Shown here: piece by piece, positions 36,005-48,430 of the stretch
Layout: each line of letters opens with the position of its first letter
Numbering within the stretch: position 1 is the stretch's first letter
The notes under the pieces: model-generated
What the model saw: only the letters and a program-made list of their open reading frames with translations
The model's database searches: none
What the model was told of the DNA's origin: nothing
NCBI GenBank assembly: GCA_964016885.1
Contig: OZ024743.1
Span: 262,260,001 to 262,324,000 of the forward strand
DNA length: 64,000 nt
Source of the DNA: Eledone cirrhosa
Lineage: Eukaryota
Direction of reading: 5' to 3'
Position numbers and translations under genes: made by a program

Positions 36005-39000
36005 ATCATCATCATCATCATCATCATCAGGTTTAGCGTCCGTGTTCCACGCTTGCATGAGTTTGGACGGGGGTTTTCCAACTTGAGGCAAGAGTGGTTG
36101 TCTTGCTCGCATAGGACTGTCTGGCGGGTTTTCTACAGTTGGATGCCCTTCCTAACACCAACCACATTTACAGTGTGGGGCTGGGAGGTTTTTACCGTGT
36201 TGCCTACACGGCCATATTACAGCGTGGACTGTCTGGTGGGTTTTCCACAGCTGGATGCCCTTCCTAACACCAACCACATTTACAGTGTGGGGCTGGGAGG
36301 TTTTTACCGTGTTGCCTACACGGCCACATTTACAGCGTGGACTGTGTGTTTTTTTGTCGTGACACCTACACGATCTCATTTGTTTCGGCCTGGATGTTGT
36401 GGGACCAACATAACTTTACATTGAAAGGGGCGGTGTGGATGGGGTGGAGGTGGTGGGACGGGGGGGGGGGTGATAGAGATGCCTACTAACTGTAGTAGGT
36501 TTTTACTTTGTATTTAGGTAAGGCGGGTCTTCTCTATTACTGAGTACCGCCAAAGGTCTCGGTCCAGTGACATTGTCTTGGAGAGGTGTAAGCGTGTGAG
36601 GTCGGAATTTATCAGCTCGTCCCATGTTTTTCTGGGTCTGCCTACTCCGTGGCTACCGTCTATCTTTATTGCCCTGCACTTTGTTATACAGCTGTCGTCT
36701 TTCATGCGCATCACGTGACCGTACCAACGTAGCCTTCTCTCGAGTAAACAACATCTGATCCCTCTTATTTCTAATTTTTTCCTTAGTTCGTTTATGCTTT
36801 GCCGTTCACGTATATTACTATTGCACATCCAGCGGAGCATGCAAGCTTCGTTCCTCTCTAGTCTGCGTATATCCTCTGCACACAATGCCCAGGTCTCACT
36901 GCCATGCAGCATTGCTGTTCGTATGCAGGCATCGTACAGCCTGCCTTTCATTTTTAGGGAGAACCCTTTAGCGGCTAATAGTGGTATAAGCTCTCTGAAC
37001 TTTTTCCACCCAGTTCTGACTCTAGCTACTGTACTTTCAGAGCACCCTCCCCCACTGCTGATTTTGTCACCCAGGTAACGGAAGCTGTCCACTATTTCTA
37101 TAGAACCCTCTGCGCAGTTGAAGGAGCTAGTATTTTGTGGGCACTTGCTGCTACTTATTGCACCAGAGCACCGGCCACATGTAAAATCTATGTTCTTAGT
37201 TAGCTTCCCTGTGATCCCACTACATCTTTTATGCACCCATACTTTGCATTTGGGACATAAAATGGAGTTTCTACCTACGCCTTTCCTACACACTGAGCAT
37301 GGCCATTTCCCAGATGGGACTGCCGCCTTATTTTCTTTCCTACAAACTAGAACTTTAGTCTTAGCCAGGTTAATTTTAAGGCCTTTTGATTCTAGGCCGT
37401 GCTTCCATGTTTGGAATTTCTTCTCTAGTTCGGTCATTGATTCAGCTATGAGCATTAGATCATCTGCATATAGGAGTTCCCATGGGCAGCCGGTCTTGAA
37501 CTCCTCTGTTATAGCCTGAAGGGCAATAATAAATAGTAGGGGGCTAAGAACAGAGCCCTGATGGACACCAACTTTTACGCTAAACTCTTCACTATATTCG
37601 TTGTTAATTCTAACCTTACTGACTGTTTCTTTATACATGGCTTGTATAGCTCTCACAAGCCATTCGTCAACACCTAGTTTTCTAAGAGACCACCAGATAA
37701 TGGAACGGGGGACTCTGTCGAAGGCTTTCTCCAAGTCGACGAAAGCTAAGTATAGGGGTTTACTTTTAGCTAGGTACTTCTCCTGTAGTTGTCGTACAAT
37801 GAAAAGAGCGTCTGTGGTACTTTTGCCTGACACAAATCCGAACTGCATTTCATCTAGATCAATTCTCTCTCTGATTAGTTGCGCTATTACTTTTTCCGTG
37901 ACCTTCATGACCTGGTCGATTAATTTAATGCCTCTATAGTTACTCCTATCTAGGGCATCTCCTTTTCCCTTATAGCAGTTAACGATGATGCTGCTACGCC
38001 AGTCCTTCGCCAACCCCATTCTGTACGACTTGGTTAACTATCCGGGTGACCATGGTGTGTCCCACCGAACCAGATGCCTTCAGCATCTCAGCAACTATTT
38101 CCGAAGGACCAGCCGCTTTACCCGTCTTCATATCTTTGATTGCCTTGCTTATTGTACTACCCTGGACTAACACTGCTGGTCCCTCTATTGGGTCGATGTG
38201 GGGGAGACTGTCTTTCTCCCATTTGTTCTCCTCATTTAGAAGCCTTTCGTAGTGACACTTCCAAGCTACCTTCTTATCAGCGTCGGTGATGGCAAGTATG
38301 CCATCATCGTTAAGTACACACTTCTCCCCGACAATATCACGGTTTTCCTTGACACATTGCCTGGCAATCCTGAACACCTCACGTTTTTGGTCCTCACGTT
38401 GTAGAACATGCTTGAACTTTCTTTCCTCTGCTTCCCTTCTTGCGAAGTACACTTGTCTCCTAGCTTCCCTCCTGGCCACTTGATAGTCTTCTCTACTTCC
38501 CCCATCCCGCCATGCTTTCCAAGCCTGCTTTTTGGCCTTAATTGACTCCTCCACCTTACTGTTCCACCACCATGTTACTCTCCTCCTACCTACAGGCCTG
38601 CTCCAGCCACAGACTTCGTCTGCCGCCGTCAGCAGGTTTGCTCTCAGGAATTCCCACTGTTCCTCTATATTATACGACTCTAATTGCTCTTCCTTACTGT
38701 CGAAAGCGTCAAGTAATATGCTTTGAAATTTATTTCTGGCTATGGGGTCCTTTAGCTTCCATATTTTTCTCCTGAGGATAGTCCTCTTCCGCTGTCTAGT
38801 ACGTCTCGTCCTGACTATGAGGTCGCTAATTATCAGTCTATGTTGGGAGGTGAATTCTTCATTGGGGAGGGATTTAGTGTTAACAGACACTCTGTCACGT
38901 CTTCTGGTAAGGATATAATCTACCTGGCTTGTGTGTTCCCCCGATCTATAGGTGATCAAGTGATTGTCTCGTTTTTTGAAGTTAGTGTTACAGATAGTTA

Positions 39001-39527
39001 AGTTATTTGCGTCGCAGAATTCCAGGATTCTGGAGCCTTCCTCATTTCTAGTACCGAACCCATAGCCTCCATGGATTCCGTCATAGCCGTCACAATGTTG
39101 TCCAACGTGACCATTTAGGTCGCCTGCAATAACTATATAGTCACTGTCGGTTATTTGGGAGGTAGCGAGCATCAGTGTCTCGTAGAATCTGTCTTTTATA
39201 GCACCGGGCAGTGCGGATTGTGGTGCGTACGCAGATATTACTGTCACCGTAGTTTTATTGAGGACAAGTCTTATTTTAATTATTCTGTCGTTCACTCTAT
39301 TTACGTCTATTATCTTATCTGCCCACTTTTCTGCTACCATGATTCCTACCCCACCCAACCCATTGTCATTTCCCACCCAGAAAAGCTTATAGCATCGTTC
39401 TTTACCCACGATGAATCTAGCCGACCCTCCCCTCCACCTGGTCTCTTGAATACAACAAACATCGACCTCCTTACGTTCAAGCATTTCTACAACCTCGTTA
39501 GAGCGACCCTTTAAGGTGCCTACATTC
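36005..39527 (-). mobile_element. Near-complete RTE LINE subfamily A (APE + RT ORF broken by one frameshift at about 38010)
   Basis: Track ORFs 37994..39538 (NVGTL, QETRW, GDLNGHVG, SQHRL) and 36514..38019 (VDLEKAFD, GVHQGS, YADD); 3' UTR with an internal duplication of about 110 bp; (GAT)n tail. Confidence 0.95.
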
Positions 39528-39629
39528 ATTTGAAACAAATTGTCAGCAATTGAAAATATATGTATTCATGAATCATTATTGTTCTCTCCAGCATTTTATT
39601 TATGATACATATATATATATATATATGAC

Positions 39630-42600
39630 GAGTGATGGGTAGAGAGGGCTCCTGAGTCCAGTAAGACAACCTCTCTAGTGCTGGTGGCATGAATAAAAGC
39701 ACCCAGTCTATGTTGTAAAGTGGTGCTGGTGTTAGGAAGGGCATCCAACCAGTATATATACTACTGCAAAAGACTATGAGCACAACAAATGAGAATTGTA
39801 ACAACTGCGTAAACAGCAATAACACTAACCATGTTAGGGCTACACACGGTAGTGGGGTGGCTGGTGCGGCCATGTGCGAGAACCCCCTGACCATCACCAA
39901 GCAATCGCACAACAGGAACAAGAATATGAAGACGTTGCATCTCAGAGTTGCCACACATAATGTTGGCACTCTAACAGGTAGATCTGGTGAGATAATGGAG
40001 ATGCTGGAGAGAAGGCATGTGGATGTGTGCTGCGTGCAAGAGGTGAGATGGAGAGGTGCCTCTGCAAAACTAATCGCAGGCAAACATCTTAGTTATAAGC
40101 TTTTCTGGGTGGGTAATGATGATGGGTTAGGTGGGGTAGGTATGTTTTACTGGCTGAAAGATGGATCGATAAGACAATAGAGGTAGTTAGAGTTAGTAAT
40201 AGAATAATTAAGCTTAGATTAGTTGTAGGCAAGAGACTGCTGGCAATCATCTCTGCCTATGCTCCCCAGGCAGGCATCGGCAAAGAAGAGAAAGACTGCT
40301 TTTACGAGCAACTTTTAGAAACAGCCACAATGACAGAGGATGGGGACATCGTTATGCTAGCAGGGGACTTCAATGGTCATGTTGGACAGCCCCAGGATGG
40401 ATACATTGGGGTACATAGTGGGCATGGTTATGGTTCAAGAAATGAAGAAGGCGTGAGGCTCCTTGAATTTTGTGATGCAAGTGCACTAACCATTTGCAAC
40501 ATTAACTTCAAGAAACCTACCAACCACCTAATAACCTAAAAATCAGGCGAGCACATAAGCCAGATTGACTTCTTGCTAGTTAAGCAGTGAGACAGACAGA
40601 TGGTGTCAAATACTAAGGCATACCTCGGGGAAGAATGTACCCCACAGCATAGGTTAGTCATTAGTGACATCTCAGTAAGCAAGAGACAGAATGAGACATA
40701 CAGGAAGGTGTGGAGAAGAAAGGTCTGCAAACTAAAAGACCTTTCACTAAAATATAAATTTAGGAAAGCCCTTCAAGATGTGTATGACGAAAAAGAAGAC
40801 GATTTAGAGTTGTATGACATTGATGATAACTGGAATTTCTTATGTGACAACTTACTGGAGGCTAGTGAAGAAACTTGTGGCTGGAGCAGAGCTCCAACCA
40901 GACAGAGAGTGACCTGGTGATGGAACAGCACGGTAGATAGGGCCATTAGAGATAAAAGACTAGCATGGAATGCTTGGAAAAATGGTGGGAGTAGAGAAGG
41001 ATACACATCCGCTAGGAGAGAAGCTAGACGTCAGGTGTACTTAGCACACAAAGAGGTTGAGAGTAGTAGGTTTGCCAATGTTCTGCGATGGGAAGATCAG
41101 AGGCGTGCGGTGTTCCACATTGCAAAGCAGTGTGTTAGTGCAAATCAGGATGTTGTTGGAGATAAGTGTGTCCAGAATGATGCTGGTGTTCTTAGTTTCA
41201 CAAATGATCAGAAAAAGGAGGCCTGGAAATGTCATTATGTGGAGAATGAATGGGAGAGAGAGAAATTACCCCCAGTAGACCCGACAGAGGGACCAGCTAT
41301 TGAGATTGACGAATATAGGGTCCAAGAGGCGATTAAGGAAATGAAAAATGGTAAGACCGCTGGACCGTCGGGGATAGTTGCTGAGATGCTGAAGGCATCA
41401 GAAGTAGACACTAAACTGGTTGCACGCATCATCAATCAAGCTATATATGGTGGTGTCATACCCAAAGACTGGTGTAACAGTATTCTCATAAATTGCTACA
41501 AAGGTAAAGGAATGCTCTGGAGAGGAGCAAATATAGGGGCATAAAGCTGATGGATCAGGTTATGAAAGTGGCAGAGAGAATATTAGCACAACTGATTAGA
41601 GAAAGGGTCAAATTAGATGAGATGCAGTTTAGTTTTGTGCCTGGGAAAAGTACAACAGATGCCCTCTTCTTAGTGAGACAACTACAAGAGAGGTTCTCAG
41701 AGAAGAATAAGCCACTATACTTAGCCTTTGTTGACCTAGAGAAGGCCTTTGATAGGGTACCCCGATCTGTCATCTGGTGGTCCCTAAGGAAACTAGGTGT
41801 AGAGGAATGGCTTGTGAGGACAGTGCAAGCTATGTCCAGAGGTGCTGTCAGTAAAGTGAGAGTAGGAATAGAGTTTAGTGAGGAATTCCAGATACAAGTA
41901 GGAGTACATCAGGGTTCGGTCCTCAGCCTGCTCTTGTTCATTATAGTCCTCCAAGCCATAACAGAGGAGTTTAAGACTGGCTGCCCATGGGAACTTCTCT
42001 ATGCTGATGATCTGGTTCTTATAGCAGAATCAGTAGAGGAGCTAGAGAATAAATTCTGGCTATGGAAACAACAGTTGGAATCAAGAGGACTGAGAGTGAA
42101 CATAGCTAAGACAAAAGTGTTAATAAGTAGAAAAGAGGACAAAACTCTGATTCCATCAGGAAAATGGCCATGTTCGATATGTAGAAAAGGAACTGGCATA
42201 AATACTATAAAATGTACGCAATGCAGATCTTGGGTACACAAGAGATGTAGTGGGATAGCAGGCAAACTAACAGGTAGGGAGAACTATGTATGCAGTAGAT
42301 GTACAGGGAAAGTTGACGGTATTAATCACAATGATACACACATCTTTCAAATGCAGGTGGGTTCTATAGAAGTGGCTGATAGCTTCTGGTATTAGCATGG
42401 GACGGGGGGGGGGGGGGGGGGGTCCGAGGCCATAGTATCTAGAATAAGGACAGGTTGGAAGAAGTTTAGGGAGCTGCTTCCTCTGTTGACAAAGAAGGGT
42501 TTCTCCCTGCGTACGAAAGGCCGGTTATATGATGCCTGTGTGAGATATGCGATGCTGCATGGTAGTAAGACATGGGCAGCAACTACAGAGGATATGCAAC

Positions 42601-42980
42601 AGCTGGAGAGAAATGAAACAAGCATGCTCTGTTGGATGTGCAGTGTCAATGTAGATGAACGACCAAGCATAGATGAGTTGAGAGAGAAACTGGGTATAAG
42701 AGGGATAAGTTGTGGTGTGCAGGAGAGAAGACTGAGATCGTATGGACATGTGATGCGCATGAGGATGACTGCTGGGTAAAGAAGTGCCAAGAAATCCCAG
42801 TAGAAGGAAGATGAAGTAGAGGTAACCCATGTAAAACATGGGTGGAGGTGGTGAGAGCAGACCTCAGATTGCTGAAGCTCACGGAGGAGATTACAAAGGA
42901 TGGTGACAAGTGGAGAGATGCTGAATAGGACCCGTCCCACCCTTGCAAGCAGGAAAAAGCAGACATAAAATGATGATGAT
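39630..42980 (+). mobile_element. Full-length but degenerate RTE LINE subfamily B
   Basis: 5' UTR, then fragmented ORFs 39776, 40330, 40600, 41035, 41550 and 42486 (APE + RT) with stops and frameshifts; (TGA)n tail; (TA)n on both flanks. Confidence 0.93.
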
Positions 42981-43071
42981 ATGTATATATATATATATAT
43001 TAGAAAATGAGGTTTTTTTTTACAATATGAAAAATAACCGAGGTGTCCTACACGAGTGAAAGTATAAAGAA

Positions 43072-43326
43072 AAAAAGATGAAATCGAAAATGCAACTGGA
43101 GTCTTATTTTTAAAAAAATATATATATTTATTTGGTTCCTTTACCGGTTTCGCAGTTCTTCTGCTCTTCAAAAGTAGAGTTGAGATGGAGGGTCTGTGAA
43201 AAACCACAGACCCTCCATCTCAATTCTACTTTTGAAGAGCAGAAGAACTGCGAAACCGGTAAAGGAACCAAATAAATATATATATTTTTTTAAAAATAAG
43301 ACTCCAGTTGCATTTTTGATTTCATC

Positions 43327-43331
<5 letters not shown>
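43072..43331. repeat. 260-bp near-perfect inverted repeat with mirrored hammerhead-like motifs
   Basis: 127-bp arms around a 6-nt loop (43199-43204). Each arm contains TTGAAGA-gcag aagaa ctgc-GAAA-ccggt-A (43224-43267 on +, 43136-43179 on -). Confidence 0.92.
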
Positions 43332-43361
<30 letters not shown>

Positions 43362-43980
43362 CTTTCTCATCCTCTCACTTCCCCTCTCTCTCTCACTCTC
43401 TCCACACACTTCTTCCATGGTTATTGGCATGACTGTATGATTAAGTAAATCACTTCAGAACAAAATGGTCTCTGTTTGGTTCCACTGCATGCTACCATAG
43501 GTTTCAGTTGACCCATGTCTTATGAGTGAAATTTGGCAGACAAAAACTGTATTAAAAGCCCATCAAAAGGACTTTACTGCCTTTACTAGGGTCCAGTCTC
43601 TTGTAAGAATTTGGGCTAGGTTTCTGATCTGAGGATAAGTTCTTTCTTTCCTTCCACCCATCAGATAAGATCTGAAAAGTGTCATGTCACCTTTCTCCTG
43701 TGACTAAATCAGTCTCTTCCCCACATGTTTTCTCTCCCTCTCTCATCTCACATTCTTCTACACTACACTCTCTAGCCTTCCTCTAATCTCTTACTTAACC
43801 CTCGACCTCACCCAGCTTTCTATCTCTCTCCCTTTTATATATCACCTCAATTACTCATTCTCTCTTTCTCTCTCATCCTCAGTCTCTCCATGCTATCCTG
43901 AAAGCCTCTACCCCATCCTCCCATTTTGATTTCCACTCTGATGTTCCATTGTTAATAGTATATCTGTCATATTTCTCCAG

Positions 43981-44096
43981 GTGGGTGATGATGTCAAACA
44001 TAGAAGTTTGTCGTGCTGGAGCTGGAGTTGCTGTTTTAGACTGTTCCACAGAACAGTTAGAAGACATTCGAAAGACAGTCAATACATCCAGTGCTG
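43981..44096 (+). CDS. KLHL8: KLHL8-like exon F, end of kelch repeat 6 and C-terminal tail
   Basis: TTTCTCCAG| acceptor, phase 2. WVMMSNIEVCRAGAGVAVLDCSTEQLEDIRKTVNTSSA followed by G|GTAAGT. Without splicing the frame reads GK then stops at TAA 44102-44104. Confidence 0.88.
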
Positions 44097-44294
44097 GTAA
44101 GTAATTCTTACTCTATCTTCTCATCATCTCACCATCAGCTGCTATCTTTTGTCAATCTGTCATCTGTTTCCTTCATCCTGCCTTTCGTAGTAACCAATTT
44201 TACCTATCAACACAGATTTTGGTTGAAGTAGACAGGTAGGTAAGGGGGATCATTACTCATTCTCATATTTTTCTTTTTTGTGTTTTTTGTTTCA

Positions 44295-44760
44295 TGGATT
44301 GGCAGTATCGGTAGAGAGTCGGACGCCATGCCTTGCTGCATAGTTACGCTCCTTTATGGTCTGAGTTCAAATCAAGCCGAGGTTAACTTTGCTTTTCATC
44401 CTTACAGGGTCGATAGAATAAAGTACCAGTAATGCACTCAGATAATTGCTGGTCTTGTGCCAAAAGTAGAAGCAATTATTATTATTACTATTATTATTAC
44501 CACCATCCAAAGGGTGGAGAATTGAAAGTATTGGTAGTGTGTCAGACAGCATGCTTTGCCTTCTATCCTTACAGAGTCGACAAAATAAGGTACTAGTAAT
44601 GCACTGGGTTGATTTGATTTCCCACTTCCATTCAAATTGCTAGCTTTGGGTCTCGCAGAAATATTAGGACATTGGACAAAATGGTTTGTGGTATTTGTTC
44701 TGGCACTTTACATTCTGAGTTCAGATGCTGCTGAGGTCAATTTTGCCTTTTAGCCGTCTG
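44295..44760 (+). mobile_element. Cluster of SINE family B copies
   Basis: GGATTGGCAGTATCGGTAGAG..GAGTTCAAATC..GAGGTTAACTTTGCTTTTCATCCTTACAGGGTCGAT..(ATT)n, followed by partial copies. Confidence 0.78.
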
Positions 44761-46459
44761 TTTATTGATTGTATGTATGGCATGTATGGTCCTATAACTT
44801 CCGAGGGAGGTGTAGTGGCGCCATATTAACATATAGCATTTCTAGGGTATTCTTAAACATGGCAGAGCCCATCAGCTCTCCATGTCTGACTATAGCAGAT
44901 TTCTTTCAGAGAAGAATAGAGAGTGAGGGAATGGAAGGGAGAAAGAGATATAGAGGAAAGAGAATCTACCCTATTGACTAGTACTTTTTTTATCAGCCTC
45001 GAAAGGATGAAAAGCAAAGTTGACCTCAGTTTATTGATTAGGGATGCACAATAAGCAAATTGATCAATTACAAATTAACTGACCTTGCCTTATCAGCAAA
45101 TACCAATTAATCAGCTGCTGGTTATCTATCCATAATGTAATTATTTATGTATTGTGATTTGAAAATTCAAATTATAATTAATTTTAAGTGATGAATTATA
45201 TTTCATTAAAAACTCACAATTATTTAAGAGTACAGGGTGAAAAAATTAGCCTTCAATAAATCAGCTATGCTTCGAAAATGGAGAAATTTTGATGTTTTTA
45301 TACTATCATTTAAAAGTGCTTAATATGATCATTAAATCTATTTTTTTTGTTTGAGTAAGTTAAAATAACAGCAATCATTATATCGTGGATAACAGCAATC
45401 ATTATACCTTTAATAAAATATGTAATTTGAATTTTTATAATTTTTAAATTAATATTTTTAGATCAAATAAAATATATATCCTCTCAGGTGGTCTACTTTG
45501 ACATTCTTTAACCTACAGAGTTATGCCCCCTGTGCAATCCTGAGCCATTTCCAGCTGTGTAGATCAACACTTTCAAGCACTAGGAATTTGGTTATATTAC
45601 ACCAGTTGGCTTAGTTTGGGTGTCCTAGGAGATAATATATATTTCTTACGTATTTCTAACAGTTGAATTCAATGTTTTCTGAAATTCTGTCAACTATGTT
45701 TTTTTTGCTCCAAAACAATACTAACCAATTATCAAAACCAATTAATTGTGGTGTGAAGCACAACGTCTATAAGTGAAGTTAGGATTCTGGACAGCTAATC
45801 ACATTAGAGAGGTTGTCATAACCCGTTATTTTACGCATGGAATAAGTAATGTTTGGGTTGATCAATGCTTTGTGAGTGAAATTTGGTAGATTGAAACTGT
45901 GCAGAAGTTCATTATATATGTATGAGAGTGTGGTGTGGGTTCATATTTATTTCATGCTGGCTTTATAACTAAAGGTTTCCATAAACAGATATCAATAAAA
46001 TAAACACCAGACTTAAAAAAAAAACAGTTACTGGAGTTGACATTTTTGAATACATCTCTTCAATGCAGTGTCTAATGACTGAAATCAATAAAAGAATAAA
46101 AGAATCTTTTGTTTTTTTAATATATGAATAAATTTTCCGCCCCAAACATCTTTTGTTTCATCTAATGTCTTACTAAAATTAGGAAACTATTGATATGGAT
46201 AACAAAAATATATCCATTTTCCCCTTTAAAGTGTTTTCTGTATATTATTCTATTTGTGTCGGAGTTGTACTTATCTGGCAAGTGACTTGATCTGAGACCA
46301 TGTGTTGAAACTAAAATAATTACTACATGGAAGAGTCATTTTAGCCATTTTAAAAATATAAAAACTGTTAAATTTACTATATATTTATTATGCAATTCCT
46401 GGTTCAATATTGTTGCCACAGTGTTTGGAAATGATTATTGGGGTTCTGTGTATGTATAT

Positions 46460-47290
46460 ATCATCATTGTCATCACCGTTTAACATCTTATTTTCCATGC
46501 TTGCATAAGTCAGACAGATCATTCACGTTATGAAGCAAGTCTGGCCAGTTAGCCATGCCAAACCTTGCTCAAGTGGGACTGCATTTTGGCTGCTTTTTTT
46601 TTTTTTTTACAGCTGGATACCCTTCCACTTTACAGTTTGTACTGGGTACATTTATTGTGTAGATCACCAACATTTGGGAGGCTGTCATGAAGGGTCTTCC
46701 CAACCCTTTATTTGTTTGCTTGGCAAGCTCTCCATGGCTAAGAGCCCTTCCTATAACCAACCACTTCAAGGTGGAGGGTGGAATGTGTGTGTGTGGGGGA
46801 GGGGGAGTTGTGATGAACTGTTAGTGGAAGGGGGAAGGGTAGGTCAGGTCACATTGTAAGCTGCAGGTTAGGTCTTTTTCAGCACTGCATAGCGTTGGCC
46901 CTCACAATCTTTAGTCATTACACATTATGCTCACTAACATTGCATATCCATCGGAGCATACTCAACTCATTTCTTTCTAGCCTCTGCAGGTCTTCTGCAG
47001 TCAAGGCCCATGTTTTACTTCTATGTAAAATTGTGGGTCACACACAGGCAACATACAGTCTACCCTACACTCTGAGAGAAAAGCATTTTGTTGTTAGCAG
47101 TGGTAATAGATCCCGAAACTTGTTCCAGCTAGATCTTATCCCAGCTATCACACTTTCAATGCAATCCCCACTACTAATTTGATTGCCTAGGTAGCAAAGA
47201 GCTGTCCACAACTTCTAGAGTCCTCCCCTGACGTTGACAGAATCTATTTTATGTATGTTGTTTGTGCTTACTTCCCCTGTGCATCTGCCT
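46460..47290 (-). mobile_element. Old degenerate RTE 3' fragment
   Basis: Minus strand resembles LEVVDSS.CYLGNQISSG..KFRDLLPLLTTK..MLRWICN; RTE-type tail ATGCTTGCA../(GAT)n. Confidence 0.7.
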
Positions 47291-47754
47291 CATTTCTACC
47301 CACCCCTCTATATATATACATATATAAACTGAATATAAAGTTTGATTGGTTTTGGCATATTTCATCTGCATATTGTTAGGTGTAAACCTGTCTTATCCAT
47401 TTGGATACAATGTTGGGCTGTAATATAAGAAAGCTTATATAATTTAGGTTTACAATCCAAAATTATCTCTGATCTTTTGTTTAAAATACATCCGTTGGTG
47501 TAGAGGATTTCTAAGGTTGCAGCAGCACAAATATCATGGTGTTTATTTATTGTTGTTGTAAGATCTATCTTTAGCTAGAATCTCCCATTATAACCTATAT
47601 CATATTTTTCTGTTTCTCAAATTCTAGATATAGGCTGACAGTGAAGTCTCATTCTTTCTGATAAGATTTTAAATTGAATGTGTGTGCATGTGTAAATGCT
47701 GTTTAAATCCATCTATCTATATATCTCACTATCTATGCAACTGTCTGTCTGCCT

Positions 47755-48430
47755 GGTTTCTGATTTAGGCACAAGGCCAATAGTTTTGGGGAAGGGGAAA
47801 GTAAATTAAATTGACCTCATTGCATTACTGGTACTTTGTTTTATTGACACTGTAAGGATGAAAAAGAAAGTTAACCACGGTGGGATTTGAACTGAGAATG
47901 TAAAGGGCTGTAACTAAATGCTACAAAGCATTTTCATCAATGCTTTAACAATTCTGACTATCCATCACCCTAGTAATAGTGATAATAGTGGCTTCTGATT
48001 TAGGCACAAGGTCAACAATTTTTTTGGGGGAAGGGGTTAGTTGGTTAAATTGACCCTGTGCATTACTGGTGCTTTATTTTATCATTTACCTCATCAGGAT
48101 GAAAGGCAAAACTAACCTTTGGCAGGATTTGAACTCTCAACATAAAGGGCCGTAAATGTATATTACAAAGCATGTTGTCCATTGCTCTACTGATTCTCTA
48201 CTGAATAATAATTGTTTCTGCTTTTGGCATAAGGCCAATTTGAAGAGAAAAGGAAAGTCAATTAAATCCTCCTTAGTACATTACTGGTGCTTTATTTTAT
48301 CGACCTTGTAAGGATGAAAGGCAAAACTAACCTCAGCAGGATTTAAACTCGGAACATAAAGGGATGTAACTACATGCTACAAAGCATGTTGTCTGACTCT
48401 AACGATACTGCCAATCCACTGCCCTCTCTA
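47755..48430 (-). mobile_element. Three tandem SINE family B copies
   Basis: A unit of about 235 bp (GGCACAAGGCCA..TTACTGGT..AAGGATGAAAGGCAAA..GGATTTGAACTC..CCACTGCCC) occurs three times; another copy is at 49070-49265. Confidence 0.8.

Noticed and set aside
36794-38775. Recurrent + strand ORFs repeated at several loci (e.g. MLCRSRILLL..., MLILTLLTVS...)
   Set aside because: Antisense shadows of the RTE ORF; they recur only because the LINE is multicopy. The same applies to CR1 antisense ORFs.
39630-39760. HDV-like ribozyme at the RTE 5' end (known in some RTEs)
   Set aside because: I could not thread a convincing nested double pseudoknot by eye; it needs a descriptor search.
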